A stretch of DNA of 64,000 bases from Octopus sinensis. Its lineage: Eukaryota. Position numbers and translations under genes: made by a program. Positions 62,391 through 64,000 of this stretch are shown one piece after another. The first letter of the stretch is position 1. Every line of letters starts with the position of its first letter. The notes below the pieces were generated by a model. It did no database searches and was not told the origin of the DNA. It saw only the letters and a list, made by a program, of their open reading frames with translations. Location of the stretch: the NCBI RefSeq assembly GCF_006345805.1, contig NC_043003.1, positions 78,740,001-78,804,000 of the forward strand, written 5' to 3'.

Positions 62391-62431
<41 letters not shown>

Positions 62432-62434
<3 letters not shown>

Positions 62435-62885
62435 GTGGGTGTGCCACGTCTTTTGACACCTTATCAAAAGCGCACCATGCTGATCACATTACAGGAAAAT
62501 CTGACATTGTTTCAGGCAGATCCAGCTGGTTTCTTGAATGTTTCCTGAGCCAGGATGAGTGTTGGTTTCATAACTTTGGGCCAGAGACAAAGAGACAATC
62601 CATGCAGTAGAAACACCCCTCCTCACCTACTCCAAGGAAGGGTAAAGTTGTTTCAGCTGCAAGAAAGATGATGATCTCAGTTTTGTAGGGATGCAAAAGG
62701 CATTATGTCTATTGACTATCTTGAAAAAGGCCACACCATCAATAGAGAGTACTATGACAACTTGCTGAGGTAGTTACCAAGACCAAACGCTGAGGAAAAC
62801 TGCCGAAAGAGGTCTTGTTCTATCAGGACAATGCTCCAGCATACAAGTCCTTAGTTTCAATGGATGCCGTGCGTAATTGTTGCTG
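62432..62885 (+). pseudogene. Mariner (DD34D-type) transposase fragment
   Basis: VPRLLTPYQKR, FLSQDECWFHNFGPETKRQSMQ, IDYLEKGHTINREYYDNLL and FYQDNAPAY; related to 16398-17633. Confidence 0.88.
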
Positions 62886-64000
62886 ATCTGCTCTTTGGCG
62901 AGACACACTTCAGGTGTGAAGCTCAAGTCTCACAATACATAGACCCTGGATATTACTAGTCTGGGGTCTATGTCCTGTGATAAAACTCTACTCACTTTCA
63001 ACTCCTCAACAATCGGTGCCCTGCTGGCAGATGCCCCCTTATTACCTACTGTTGATAAATTGCAACTTTAGTTTTCTGGCAAGTTGGTGAATCGAAGTTT
63101 TAAATTGATTCGATTCGCGTATAAGAACTACGTTTCACTCTTCGAACAAAAAATTTTAATCAGACAATCAATAGAAAACTCAATTTTTTTTATCCTTGCT
63201 TCTCTATACTTCTAAAACCGCTAAAGATTGTCTTCCTTAAATTATGGTAACATTTAAAATGAAAACTAGTGTGGGTAGTTGTTAGTTTAGAAAGGAAGCT
63301 AGACTAGTGAAGGAGCCAAGCTAACAATAAGTTAGGCTAGTAAGACTTGTTAGTATAAACAGAAGAAGGATTGGGAAAGGTAAGTAAATATATGTGAAAT
63401 AATTAGTATTTCAGTGGACAAGGAGCATCTAGAATTAAATAGGCGATTTCACTGGTTGTCTTGTTTACTGTACTGCTGACAAAAGTGAATTGATGTAGCT
63501 GAGCAAATAACTATCAGAAGAGCGCATTTATTTAAACAGCTCATTGTTAATAACCAAAAAAAACGTCTAGTTACATTGAAAACCGCCTATTTTTCTCAAC
63601 ACAGAGATATCCGTCATCTCACATCCCACAGATTTCGAACGAATCTAAAGAAAAAAGAACTGAAACATTCATCTGAACTGTCATTGTACTTAGACTAACA
63701 ACATTTTTTTTAAAAATCGTTCCTAACACAACTATGAAAATATGAAAAAAAAGAAAAAAATTTTTAAAAGTCCCAAAACAACAAACGAAAAAATACTTCT
63801 ATCACTCCAAATAACAAAACGAATTAAGATCCATGAATCTAAAGAAGGCTCTCTCCACAAACCATTTCCTGTCTTTTGCATACAATCTTGTTGTTGGGTT
63901 GGTTAAATAGTTATGGATGCTTTTTTTTTTTTTTTTTTTTTTTTACTTTTGTGTTTGTGTTTCTATCGAGGCTATACAAAGCAATCTGTCTATATGTTAG

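Noticed and set aside
62938-62972. 13-bp hairpin with two G:U pairs
   Set aside because: Too short to be significant in 64 kb without other support.

Overview
AT-rich, microsatellite-saturated eukaryotic DNA, most likely non-coding or intronic. The SINE families look like those of octopus (inferred from recall, not from a search). No host protein-coding gene could be identified with confidence, only a few low-confidence exon-like islands. Nearly all long six-frame ORFs are artefacts of simple repeats or SINEs. The window is a dense transposon mosaic: about 45 tRNA-derived SINE copies in at least four modular families; five non-autonomous Helitron-like elements; Tc1/mariner and hAT elements and MITEs; one intact-ended but internally deleted 2.6-kb Gypsy LTR element (465-bp LTRs, tRNA-Leu PBS, ATAT TSD); and remnants of Tx1/L1-like, REL-endonuclease and Penelope-like retroelements. 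The most interesting signal is a set of minimal type I hammerhead ribozyme motifs in two unrelated small element families (21.4, 43.6, 46.0, 58.4 and 58.6 kb). They occur together with long fold-back palindromes and decayed Penelope RT and GIY-YIG sequence, which suggests a Penelope-dependent, ribozyme-bearing non-autonomous retroelement system. Coordinates of degraded repeats are approximate and were read by eye.
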